Assembly (NCBI GenBank): GCA_963675745.2
Contig: CAXXWX010000026.1
Coordinates: 1 to 64,000, forward strand
Direction of reading: 5' to 3'
DNA from: Phycisphaerae bacterium
GTDB taxonomy: Bacteria > Planctomycetota > Phycisphaerae > UBA1845 > Fen-1342
Length of the DNA: 64,000 nucleotides
The notes under the pieces were generated by a model that made no database searches, had not been told where the DNA came from, and saw nothing but the letters and a program-made list of their open reading frames with translations. Positions 53,807 to 64,000 of the stretch are shown here, piece after piece; positions within the stretch are counted from its first letter, which is position 1; every line of letters starts with the position of its first letter. The position numbers and the translations under genes are program-made.

Positions 53807-54490
53807 AACTACGCAATCCGTCAGCACGGCTTCCGGGCCCTCGACCGGCGGTATCCGAATCCGGTGGATGCCGTGCCCCGGCGCCGTGAGGCGGCGCCGC
53901 AAATTCGCTTTCTGACGGCCGAGCAGATCGACGAGCAGTTGAGCGTCCTCTCTGAGCAGCCCGTGCTGCGCGCAATGGTGGCCGTCTACATATACTCCGG
54001 ATTGCGCCGCGAAGAAGCGCTCTGGCTGACGATGGACGATGTCGACCTGGAGTCCGGGATGATCCGCGTGTGCCGCAAGAGCGTCGGCGGCCACACGTGG
54101 CAGCCGAAGACTGGGCGGAACCGGCGCGTGCCGATTTCCAATGCGCTGCGGCAATGGCTTGCGCAGTATCCGCAACCCGCTGGGCGGATCTGGTTCTTCC
54201 CGTCGCCCACGGGCAAACGCTGGGACCCCGACAATTTCTCGGAAACGCTTCGCCTAATCAACCGCGACGCGGGGCTACCTTGGTCGTGCCTCGATTTTCG
54301 ACATACGTTCGGCAGCCATCTCGCTATGAAGGGCGAGTCGCTCTACAAGATCAGCGAACTGATGGGCAACAGCCCGGAGATCTGCCGGCGACACTACGCG
54401 GCGCTTGTGCCGGAAGAGATGCGGGACACGGTGGAGTTTTCGCGCCCGCCGCGGCTTGCCCGCACGGCGGAGGACGGCGCTTGCGCTTGA
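53807..54490 (+). pseudogene. 5'-truncated tyrosine recombinase (catalytic domain)
   Basis: NYAIRQHG...NPV...IYSGLRREE...QPKT...DFRHTFGS...LMGNS...RHYA. Confidence 0.85.
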
Positions 54491-54752
54491 CGGCGGCAAT
54501 TGGGCCGTTGATCGTCGAGCACTGAACCCGACGGTCGATGGCGGCCCTTCCTGGCAGGCCTGGCAGTCTGGGCCACAGCGGGCTCGTTGGGTACGAGTCC
54601 CGGTCGCTCTCGTGCGAATACGCACCCCGCTGAGAATACCAGCAGCCGCGGTTCCCTCGGCGTTCGTCGCAGATCCTTGGTTGGGGATGGCTGGACCCGA
54701 CGCGGCATAGGCTGCATAATGTTGCGCACCCTAGCAGAATGAGGAAGCCATC

Positions 54753-54992
54753 GTGCCCAAACTCAACGAGTTCTTGACGGTGGGCCAGGCGGCGGAATAT
54801 CTCGGCGTGAGCAGAGACACCCTGCGCCGATGGGACAACGCCGGAAAGCTGACCGCGCGTCGGCATCCGGTCACGGGGTACCGCCTCTACCTGCAGCGAG
54901 ACCTCGATCCCATCCTGCACGTCCTTCTCGAAGAGAGTGGTTCGCAGCCGGGTGCCTCGAAGCCGAGGAAGAAGTCCAGGCCGACTGAGTAG
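54753..54992 (+). CDS. MerR-like HTH / excisionase-type DNA-binding protein
   Basis: FLTVGQAAEYLGVSRDTLRRWDNAGKL..RRHPVTGYRLY. Confidence 0.85.
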   Translation: MPKLNEFLTVGQAAEYLGVSRDTLRRWDNAGKLTARRHPVTGYRLYLQRDLDPILHVLLEESGSQPGASKPRKKSRPTE

Positions 54993-55059
54993 CACTGGAC
55001 AATCTCGTTATCCGTCACAACGGATGCCGCGTCGATCGAATGAAATGTGAGGAAGCCAG

Positions 55060-55698
55060 ATGAAGCCACTCGAGCTTCGAGACGAGTTTCTCGGCAAGCA
55101 CATGCGGGCCACGGCAATCGAACTGCGAAACAAGCAGAACACCGGCTGGGCGCAGCGTGGACCGAAGGAGATTCTCGGCATCACCTATCCAACAGCGGAC
55201 GTGCAACGGTCGCTCGAAGCCGTGTCTGTTGCTTCACCGGGCAAGCCCATCGTGTTCTTGGGGCAACGCGGACGCGGCAAATCGCACATTATGGCTCTCC
55301 TGCATCATGCTCTGGAAACCCCCCAGTGAGGTCGAGCGGTGGGCGAAGGAGTGGGGTGCACGGCTGCCCAGCGCGGCGACACAATGAAGCAGGCGCTGTC
55401 ACTGCTTCGCGATCCGTCGCCAGGAACCAATCTGATCCCGTATCTCGGCGACAAAGACGTCTACGAACAGGTCCTCCGAGTCGCGGCCAAGGATAGGATC
55501 GCGATCAACCGTAACGGGACTTGGTACGGTCCGGACCCCGGCCAAGACTTCGACGACGCGCTCCGCGTGCTGAAGCAACGGACGTTTCCTCAGGGGCTTG
55601 ATTGGGGAAGCATTCAGATCGGGCTCCCGAGCGAGAAGGCAAGTGGTGGCGTTAGGCGACGCATCAGTTGCGGGCTGATCAGCGTGCGATCGCCGTAG
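55060..55698 (+). pseudogene. DUF499-like P-loop ATPase remnant (N-terminus plus a distal fragment)
   Basis: LELRDEF...ITYPTADV...GQRGRGKSHIM Walker A; jumps to LIPYLG...RIAIN; far shorter than full-length family members. Confidence 0.6.
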
Positions 55699-55842
55699 TC
55701 CATACGGGGCACGAAGGGGGTAGAAGCGCAGCTCAGCTGGATGTTGTTGGTCACGTGGATATGGATCCCGATCGAATGACTCCAGGGGAGTAGCACCGCG
55801 TGACCAACCCGACGAGCTGCGTCACGTTCATACGCCGATGAA

Positions 55843-55861
55843 TGCCAGCTCACACAGCTGG
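55843..55861 (+). mobile_element. att-like core site TGCCAGCTCACACAGCTGG (copy 2)
   Basis: Exact repeat of 21067-21085. Confidence 0.7.
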
Positions 55862-55983
55862 CAGTCGTGGCACAACCCGCTGCCTGAACCAGGCACGAAC
55901 CGCGTTTTTCGGACGGAGACCGGGGTTGCGAGTCGACTGGAAGTTACTGCGTAGTTGGTTTCTGGCAAGAACCACGTGACGAC

Positions 55984-56005
55984 TGACCCACACAGTGACC
56001 CACTC
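55984..56005 (+). promoter_or_regulatory. Putative integrase arm-type sites TGACCCA-N5-TGACCCACTC (right)
   Basis: Matches 20924-20945; about 122 bp from the core on the outer side. Confidence 0.65.
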
Positions 56006-56302
56006 CTTCGGTGAGTCTTTGCGAGAAGACGGGTTTCGGTAACCTCGCTGAACGCGCGTGCGTGGTCGAGCATCGTTCCACGTTCGACTTTCTTCTGCCA
56101 GCTCTCCGGCCTGGATGAGTCCGTCCCAAGTCAGGTGCAGTTTCTTGCGACCAAACACGATGACGGCCAGCTTAGCCCGGAACAGATCCCCAAGCGAGAC
56201 GCGTGAGGGTGTGTTACGCGGACAGGTGCCCGACCCCATTCGCCGCGATGTCGTCGGCAAACGGGGTCGGGCGAATCCGACCGCAGGCGCCAAACAGAGG
56301 GA

Positions 56303-58681
56303 TTATTCGACGGGTGCCGGCGTCTCGGCAGTCTCGGCTGCCTGCTGTTGTAGCGGTTGGCGCGGAACTGGGCCTGGAAGCATCCGCCTTGGATTGGGCT
56401 TGAGTAGAAACGCCCGCGGCACGCCGTCGAACTCACCGTAGCCTACGATCTGCCCCGCATCGTTGATATCCGTTGCCGCGAAGAGCTCCCAGCGACTGCC
56501 TTGCGGGATCATGTTATTCAGATCAAGCATCTGACAGCCCTTTTGGATGAACGCATGTCGAGCGCCAGAGCCGGTATCCGCCCAGCCAACCGTGGTTCCG
56601 CTCGCGTTGATTGCTAGCGACCGGCTTTCTGCCCCGCCGAGAGTACCCAACACCCGCTGGTGATAGGCGGTGGCCCGGCCAGCCTGCGCCAGTTGCCAAA
56701 TCACTGCCTCCGATTGACCACCCATGACCGCCGCATACCCTGCGACTTCGCCGCTGGAACTGATGTCGTTCGCCACTCCGGCACCGAGATCGCTGACTGC
56801 CCACGAGCTGGTGCCGTCGTCGTATCCCCAAAGAGCAGCGCGTGACGTTCCATCAGCAGCGTCAGCTTGGCCGACGATTTGGCCGGCATCATTGATCGCG
56901 TACGCACAGCTCTCATTTCCTCCGAGTGTGCCGAGGTCTTCCATCGTCTCGGTGAACGAGTCCCAGACGAATGCATGAAAGGCCTCGCTGTCACCGGAGT
57001 AGCCCACTACCTGGCCGAGATTGTTGACGCCACGGCCGTACGCGAAGTAGCCCTGCGTGCTAAGATCGATGATGGTGTCTTCCCACCACCGGAAGGCATG
57101 CACGGGCGTCGCCAGGCTCTGGATGTTGGAGTCACCAGCGATTTGACCGAAGTCATTGATGTCGTAAGCGCGACTCCACCAGCCGTCGGCGAGCGCGCCG
57201 AGGTCATTCAAGCCTCCGGGAAGTCCGTACGCCGCTTTAGGCAACCACAGGTAGGCGTGTCCGCTGTAGGGGTATGGCCCACCGGACTGCTGCGCCCAGC
57301 CTACAACCTGTCCCAGATTGTTGAGCGCATACTGCTGATGCTGCTGCGTCACCGCGCCGAAGGCACCGAGGTCCTTGACAGCGTAGAACGCCTTGGGCCA
57401 CGTTACGGCCGTGCATATCTCATTGTTGTTCTCGCTCGACTCCGCGACATCGTTGTCCACGTCGGTGATTCCGCAGAATTCCCGGCTCACCGAGTTGGTC
57501 AAGGGCAGTGCCTGCACATCTTCGGAGTGCGGCCCACACCGGACCACGCAGGCGTGATTCGCTGGCAGATCCTCGATGGGTCCCTCGCAAAACGTGCCGC
57601 CATCCATGCGAATCTCGACGTTGTGGGTCGGGCAGGTCACATCGCCCGTCCAGCGATACTTGAAAAAAACGTACACCGGCGTGCCAGACTCGATCTTATT
57701 CACGCGGCAATCACCCTCCCAGTCCTCGGAATCTTCGCTCGCCCAGATGTCGAGTGCCTGAAGATCACCTTGCTGGTCCTCATCCCACTCGATTTTTATC
57801 TGGTTGAGGCAGCCAACGAGTTGCGCATTCGCGTCCGAGTACGAAGCGCCCCCCGCAGCGGCATGCACGAACACATCTACCCTGACGGACAGATACACGT
57901 CTGTGCCTGCCGGGATTGGGATGTCATGGAACGACACCTCGATATTGTCGGAGTAACCCAGCGACTCATCCTGGCGTCTGATCGCTTCGTCGAGCACGAT
58001 TTGTTTCTCGTACTCGCTCGGCTCCGGCGTCATAACCAGGACTGTAAATGTGATGCGAATGTCATCTTTCGCCAACGCATCGGAGGGTGGCACAATAAAC
58101 ACATGGCACAGGTAACTCCAATCGATGGCGTAGTAGAAGGTGAAGTCAAAACGGCTGTCTTCGTTTACGAGCCCAGCTCCGGTGTGGTAGAACCACGCCT
58201 GGGATGTCCCCTTGCCGAGACCAACGGCGCTGGCCGAGCAACCCAACGCACCACATTGGTCATCGCTGTCCGCCGTGCAATTGGCCCAGCCAGCCAGTTC
58301 ATGCCACACCACCTGGCAGTCGTGATTGTGCTCCCACGGCGGGTACATGAATGCCTCGCCACTATCACTGGATCCGAGCAGCACTTGGGGGGCGGTGGAA
58401 AGCGGCGGTAACGCCAGCGCATGACGTGGCATCGTGTCCGCGGTGTCAGCCACGGTTCCGCGTGATCCCGAGTCTAGTGCGCGGAACACGTACTCCGCGC
58501 CGCAGGCTCCGGAATCTCCCCCCGTCGTGCGCGACCCAGCAAGTGCGGGATCTGGCAGATTGTCACCGCTGGTTGGTAACAGTGCGCCATCGGCGGAATG
58601 AGCGGCCATCGGCAGCGAAACCAGAGCACCAACCAAGAACAGATACAGTAGTTGTCTCAGTGCGGAAGGGGTCATGATCAT
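56303..58681 (-). CDS. Secreted HAF-repeat beta-propeller protein with CARDB-like domain
   Basis: Signal peptide; DVAESSENNN; repeats DLGTLGG.ES.A.AIN..GQIVG...HAF.W; AAGGAG RBS. Confidence 0.85.
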   Translation of the reverse strand: MIMTPSALRQLLYLFLVGALVSLPMAAHSADGALLPTSGDNLPDPALAGSRTTGGDSGACGAEYVFRALDSGSRGTVADTADTMPRHALALPPLSTAPQVLLGSSDSGEAFMYPPWEHNHDCQVVWHELAGWANCTADSDDQCGALGCSASAVGLGKGTSQAWFYHTGAGLVNEDSRFDFTFYYAIDWSYLCHVFIVPPSDALAKDDIRITFTVLVMTPEPSEYEKQIVLDEAIRRQDESLGYSDNIEVSFHDIPIPAGTDVYLSVRVDVFVHAAAGGASYSDANAQLVGCLNQIKIEWDEDQQGDLQALDIWASEDSEDWEGDCRVNKIESGTPVYVFFKYRWTGDVTCPTHNVEIRMDGGTFCEGPIEDLPANHACVVRCGPHSEDVQALPLTNSVSREFCGITDVDNDVAESSENNNEICTAVTWPKAFYAVKDLGAFGAVTQQHQQYALNNLGQVVGWAQQSGGPYPYSGHAYLWLPKAAYGLPGGLNDLGALADGWWSRAYDINDFGQIAGDSNIQSLATPVHAFRWWEDTIIDLSTQGYFAYGRGVNNLGQVVGYSGDSEAFHAFVWDSFTETMEDLGTLGGNESCAYAINDAGQIVGQADAADGTSRAALWGYDDGTSSWAVSDLGAGVANDISSSGEVAGYAAVMGGQSEAVIWQLAQAGRATAYHQRVLGTLGGAESRSLAINASGTTVGWADTGSGARHAFIQKGCQMLDLNNMIPQGSRWELFAATDINDAGQIVGYGEFDGVPRAFLLKPNPRRMLPGPVPRQPLQQQAAETAETPAPVE

Positions 58682-59075
58682 CTCCTTTTTGAGCACCACA
58701 GCAGCCCACGCGGGCCAGTACTGGCTGTCGTTGTCCGGCATCGGACCTTGGCTGGCCGATTGTTCTGAACGGCCACGTCACTCTGCACCCACTCACCGGT
58801 ACGCCCCGAACGACGCCGGTTCATGATTCGCGTTCCTGGTGATCTGCCGTGGCCATTGCCAATCGTCATACCAGACACACGCTATCGCTCACCGCGGCGA
58901 AGAAGTTGATCGTGGCGACGACTGGCACACGGCTTCTACTTGACGTAGTCGCCGTTAACCGATGTGCGCAACGGAACGCGGGGACAATTCCGTGTGTTGG
59001 TCCCGCACCGACTCTCGAATCCCGCCAGCAGCGCCGCGCTGGAATCGTCAGCGGCTGGGTGGACATGGCGCCGGC

Positions 59076-59352
59076 GCGTGGACGCTGTGCCGCTGCTCCC
59101 GCGCACGGTACAATCGTGACCTGCACCTTACTGATCCCAAGGTCGCATGACGGAGGGCACGTCCATGTACACATCTCGGAACACGGCAGCCTATGCGGTG
59201 GTCTTGGTCGCCGGCGTGCTCATACTCGCGCCATTTGCAGGGATTCTCGCCAAGGCCCCGCCCGCGACCCAGCCAAATTCCGACGCCGCTGTTCATGAAC
59301 CGAAGGACACCAATCCCCAATCGCCGGGGAGCCGAGCCGAGCCGCCCCGGCC
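59076..59352. repeat. Identical copy of window positions 1-277
   Basis: Offset 59075; covers the upstream region and N-terminus of the TPR-CHAT gene. Confidence 0.9.
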
Positions 59353-62300
59353 GTTGCTCACCGGCGAAGTTGCCGAGAAGGTGGCCGCGCTGGAGAAGCA
59401 GATCGAGGAGCTGCGCGAGCAGGATAAGTACGCCGAGGCGATCCCGCTGGCGGAGGAGGCGCTTGCGATCCGCCAAGAGCACCAGACGGGCTGGACCGAC
59501 GCCAACCGAGAGCCCGCCGAATGGTACGAAATCGGCGACGCGCGGCGGGTGGTCAAGGACCTACGGCTCCGCAGTTCGCTAACGCCCGAGCAGCAGGCCG
59601 AGTTAGACCAGGCGGCCGCGCGGGAGTCTCAGGTGCTCGAGTTATACCAGCAGGGCAAGTATGCACGGGCGGCGAACCTATGCAGACAAATCCTACGCAC
59701 CCGCCGCCGCGTGCTGGGCGACGACCATCCGGACACGCTGATCTCGATGACCAACATGGGCGCCCTGCTGAAATCCCATGGCAAGCTGGCCAGGGCCGAG
59801 CCGTATTGCCGCGAGGCGCTGGAGGGCTTCCGCCGCGTACTGGGCAGTGACCATCCAGACACGTTGGGCGCGATTGGCCACATGAGCACGCTGCTCTATT
59901 CCCAGGGCAAGCTGGCCGAAGCGGAGGCCTGCTGCCACGAGGCGCTGGAGAACAGCCGCCGCGTTCTGGGCGACGATCACCCGGACACGCTGCAATTGAC
60001 CATCGGTATGTGCGGCCTGCTCCGTTCCCAGGGCGAGCTGGCCGAGGTAGAGGCGTATCAGCGCGCACTGCTGGCGGGTAGGCGCCGCGTCCTGGGCGAT
60101 GACCACCCACTCACGCTTGTCTCGATCGACAATATGGCCGGCGACCTCCGGGCCCGGGGCAAGTGGGCCGAGGCGGAAACCTACCGCCGCGAGGCGCTGG
60201 AGCGTCAGCGCCGTGTGCTGGGCGACGACCACCAATACACGCTGAGCTCGATTGGCAGCATGGGCTACCTACTATGGAAACAGAATAGGCTGACCGAGGC
60301 CGAGCCGTACTGCCGCGAGGCGCTGGAGCGCAGGCGCCGTGTACTGGGCGACCACCACCCGCAGACGCTGAAATCAACCGGCCAAATGGGTAATCTCCTT
60401 TTCTCGCAAGGCAAGCTCGCCGAGGCCGAGCCACTCTGCCGCGAGGCGCTCGAGGGTCTCCGGCGCGTGCTGGGAGACGAACACTCGAACACGCTGAGTG
60501 CGATCGCCAACCTGGGCCAGTTGCTCCAATCCCAGGGCAGATTATCTGATGCCATGCCATATTGCCGCGAGGCGCTCAGAATCCGCCGGCGCGTGCTGGG
60601 CGATGACAACCCGGGCACGCTGAACTCGCTCAACAACATGGGCGTGCTTCTCGCGTCAATGGGAAAGCTGGCTGAGGCCGAACCATATCTTCGTGAGGCG
60701 CTGGACGCCAGCCGGCGAGAGTTGGGCAACGAACACTCGGAGACGTTAGCCTTGGCCAACAACATGAGTATGCTGCTCCAAAACCAGGGCAAGCTGGAAG
60801 AGGCGGAAGCCTACCAACGCGAGGCGCTGGAGGGCTACCGCGCATTGAGCCACGACTCCCCGGATGCGCTGCGCTCGCTCCACAACATGGGCTACCTGCT
60901 TCATTCCCAGGGGAAGCTGGCCGAGGCGGAACTGCGCTGCCGCGAGGCGCTGGCGGGCTTCCGCCGCGTGCTGGGCGACGACCACCCGGACACTCTAGTC
61001 GCGACCGCCAATATGGGTGCCCTGCTTGAGTCCCAGGGCAAGCTGGCCGAGGCCGAGCCGTGCTGCCGCGAGGCGCTGGAGCGTCAGCGCCGTGTGCTGG
61101 GCGACGACCACCCAGTCACGCTGATCTCGCTCCACAACCTGGGGGGCATACTGCGAAGCCAAGGTAGACTCACCGAGGCGGAGAGCTACATGCGCGCGGC
61201 GCTGGATGGCCGTCGACACGTGCTCGGCAGCGAACACCCGGACACGCTGAATTCGATCAGCGACATGGGCTACCTGCTCCAGTCCCAGGGCCAATTGGCC
61301 GAGGCTGAGTCTTATTTGCACGAGGCGCTGGATGTGGCCGGGCGTTTGCGGACGCGAGTCATCGGTGAGGAGCGCAGCCGGGCCGCCTTTGCCAAGAAAC
61401 TAAAGCTATCGGTCATCGCGGCCCAACTCGTTTCACTGTTGATCGCCGTGGACCAGCCCGCAAGAGCCTGGAGCGTCTCCGAGCGGGGCCGCAGTAGGGC
61501 ATTGCTTGATCTGCTGAATCGTAGCGATCAGGATCTTCTCGAAGCGGCACGAGTCCGCGCCGCCGGCGACCCTGCGGCGGCGACCGCGCTCGACAGCGCG
61601 CTGAAGCGAGAGCAGCAGGCGCAAGTCGATCTGACCACGGCTGAGGCCTTGTTGGCGGGTACGCAGAAGCAGCGCCAGTGTACCGAACAACGCGACGACC
61701 TGGCCGAAGAAGAGAAGGCCCAGCGCCTGGCGGCGCTCGATGAGCAGATCGCCGCCCAGCACGCCGACGTCACGTTCAAACGCCGAGCGCTCGGGGAAGC
61801 CACCGCCAACGTGTTCGTCAACATGCGCGGCCTGTTCCCTGACGCTCGGCCAATGGGGATCGATGAGATTCGCGTGGGACTTCAGCCGGGCGAACTGGCA
61901 TTGGGATACACCTGGACCCGCGACATCGTGCTGCTGCTGGCGGCCCAAGGTACGCAGGCGGGTGGGGAAGCGATGGAGCGGCAGAGCGACGAAGGGACGA
62001 AGGAAGGCAAAGGGGTTGCCGGGTTCGCTTTGGCCGAGAGTAAGGATGAGGTTGAGGAACTGACCAAGCTCGCTCAAGAAGTCCGTGAAGCGCTGGCCAG
62101 ACGACCCGCTGGCTCAGCGAACACGGTGGATCAGACCGCTGTGCGGGCGCTCTCCGACAAACTCATTCCGGAGTCCGTCCGGGCACAGGTCGCAACCGCC
62201 GGCCACCTGATCGTCCTTCCTGACGGCCCCGTGCATGGCCTGCCATTTGACGTCCTGGCCGCGGCGCACGAAGGCGAGCGCTGGATCGAATCCGGCCCCG

Positions 62301-63561
62301 ATATCGTCTACTCCGCTTCCGCCACAATGTATCTGAACCGGCGGGAAGCCGCACGTCAACAGACGCGCGACAGCACGCTATCGGCGGTGGTGCTGGGCGA
62401 CCCGATTTTCGCGCGCAACGCGGCCCCCGAGCCGGACTATCCCCAGCAAGGTGTGTTGGTGCGCGGCGTGGTCGATGAGTCGAATGCCGCAAAGGCGGGA
62501 CTGCAACGCGGCGACGTTTTGCTCAGCTATGCGGGAACGCAGGCCAAGGATTTCGATGTGCTGGTCACCACACTGGGCGAAGTAAGCGAAGCGGTCAACG
62601 CAGGTCAACGCGACGCAAACACGCCGGTTCCGGTTACTTACTGGCGTGATGGCCGGACAGAGGAAGCCAAGCTGCCGCCCGGCAAAATGGGAGTGCAACT
62701 GGATCGCGGTGCCCCAGACTCCGGCCTGCGCCTCATGGCGATGCGTTCCCGCGGCCACGATCAGGCAGTGGCCGAGATCAGCGCGACCGATCAGGTGCGT
62801 CTGCACGGCGGCGCGTTGCAGCCCTTGCTTGGTACCGAGCGCGAGGCGCTGGCGATCACGAAACTGATCGAAGGCACGAATGGCTCGGCTACGATCTTGC
62901 TCCAGGAGGACGCGACGGTCGGTCAACTTGAGGCCGCGGCTAATGGTAAGCGGATCCTGCACCTCGCCACGCATGGCCTGACCGGCTCGAGCGAACGCCC
63001 CTACGACGCCAGCCTGGCGCTCACCCAGCCCGACACGCCGACGCGGGACGACATCGGCTTCCTGACGCTGGACCGCCTGATCGCCAGATGGCGTGGCAAA
63101 CTCAGCGAGTGCGAGCTGGTCGTACTGTCGGCGTGCGACACGCAGCGGGGTATCAAGGTCGGCGACAGCGTGATGGCACTGCCGTGGGGCTTCTTCTACG
63201 CCGGGGCACCGACTGTCGTAGCCAGCCTGTGGAAAGTGGATGACACGGCAACGGCGCTGTTGATGACACGCTTCTACGAGAATCTGCTGGGCCAGTTCGA
63301 CGACGCGCGCGAGGTCGGCGGTCGTAACTACGCGACCGGAAAACCGATGCCCAAAGCTGCGGCGTTGCGCGAGGCCAAGTGTTGGCTGCGTAACCTGACG
63401 ATGGACGAGGTCGATGGGCTCGTGGCCCAACTTCCGGCCGAGCGAGCCGCGCGGCACCATCCGCGAGCGCCCGCCCATAACCGAATCGGCGGTTGGTACT
63501 CACCCGTACGAGCATCCGTACTACATGGGCCGCATTCATCTTGATCGGCGACCCGGGCTGA
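59147..63561 (+). CDS. Secreted/membrane-anchored TPR-(PDZ)-CHAT protease, copy 3 (indels near 63445 and 63530)
   Basis: Same N-terminus as copy 1; 13 TPRs; PDZ insert; HLATHG and LSACDT; corrected end HPYEHPYY..AAFILIGDPG* at 63561. Confidence 0.92.
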
Positions 63562-63812
63562 TGCGGCTTCTCGCGCCGGAACAAGCGCACGAGTCATGTC
63601 AGCGAGTTGCCGGCGTTCGCCCCACGATTTTCGCGGCGAAGTGGCCTGCGCCGCTGCGGTGACTCCCGCGCCCTGCGGACCGGAACAGGCGTCGCAGCCC
63701 CTCGGGAACACGCTCGCCGCCGAGGCGGCACGTAGAGCGCACCCCACCCCGCCCCGTGGTGGCGTCGAGGTGGGATGCGCGTCTGTATCTGCGGCTGGTC
63801 GCGAGCGAACTT

Positions 63813-64000
63813 TCAACGGCTCGCGATCGTCAGCGCCACGAACGGATCGATGTCGCCGTTGTTGACCCAGCCGTCCCCATTGGATGTCGCCGAGCATTAT
63901 GTCGCACTCCGGGTACTCGTTGGAGTACCGGCTGGGATACGACAGGGCGAAGACGAACGCGTCGATATCACCGCTGTTCGTGATGCCGTCGCAGTTGAGG
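63813..64000 (-). CDS. 3' end of a protein with a dockerin-like tail (runs off the window)
   Basis: Minus strand reads LNCDGITNSGDIDAFVFAL...GDGWVNNGDIDPFVAL with indels; flank is homologous to about 5700-5940. Confidence 0.7.

Noticed and set aside
53468..54175. 235-aa minus-strand ORF as an intact gene
   Set aside because: Its first half is the antisense of the integrase fragment; only the C-terminal membrane part looks real.
58440..58480. SRGTV in the HAF protein as another protease site
   Set aside because: Matches only part of the RG(T/S)(I/V)R(E/Q)R motif; too weak without conservation data.

Overview
GC-rich accessory island with no housekeeping genes, most likely from a planctomycete of class Phycisphaerae. 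This is inferred from the ECF-Ser/Thr kinase pairs, DUF1559-type prepilin, PEP-CTERM and dockerin-like tails, and TQP/DPN motifs. Contents: (i) three signal-peptide-bearing TPR-CHAT (caspase/separase-like) proteases, each with a PDZ domain inserted inside the CHAT domain; (ii) three ECF sigma factor + membrane Ser/Thr kinase modules, one forming an apparent operon ECF - STK-TPR - STK-DUF4384 followed by a TPR-PDZ-CHAT gene; (iii) many secreted proteins, including two giant beta-helix paralogs sharing about 2.65 kb of apparently identical DNA; (iv) mobility traces: a tyrosine integrase, a 19-bp palindromic att-like core present twice (21067, 55843) with matching arm repeats on the outer sides, three tRNA-fMet fragments, two rve/DDE genes, an IS630 remnant, a truncated integrase-excisionase-DUF499 remnant, and a Ycf46-AAA/DUF3150/DUF1257/DUF2997 module. 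The best candidate for an undescribed system is a mobile extracytoplasmic protease-to-kinase-to-sigma circuit: the motif RG(T/S)(I/V)R(E/Q)R occurs in the C-terminal loop of all three CHAT proteases and in the outside DUF4384 domain of the neighbouring kinase. Many single-base indels split genes and look like long-read errors. All domain calls are by-eye motif recognition; no searches were run.
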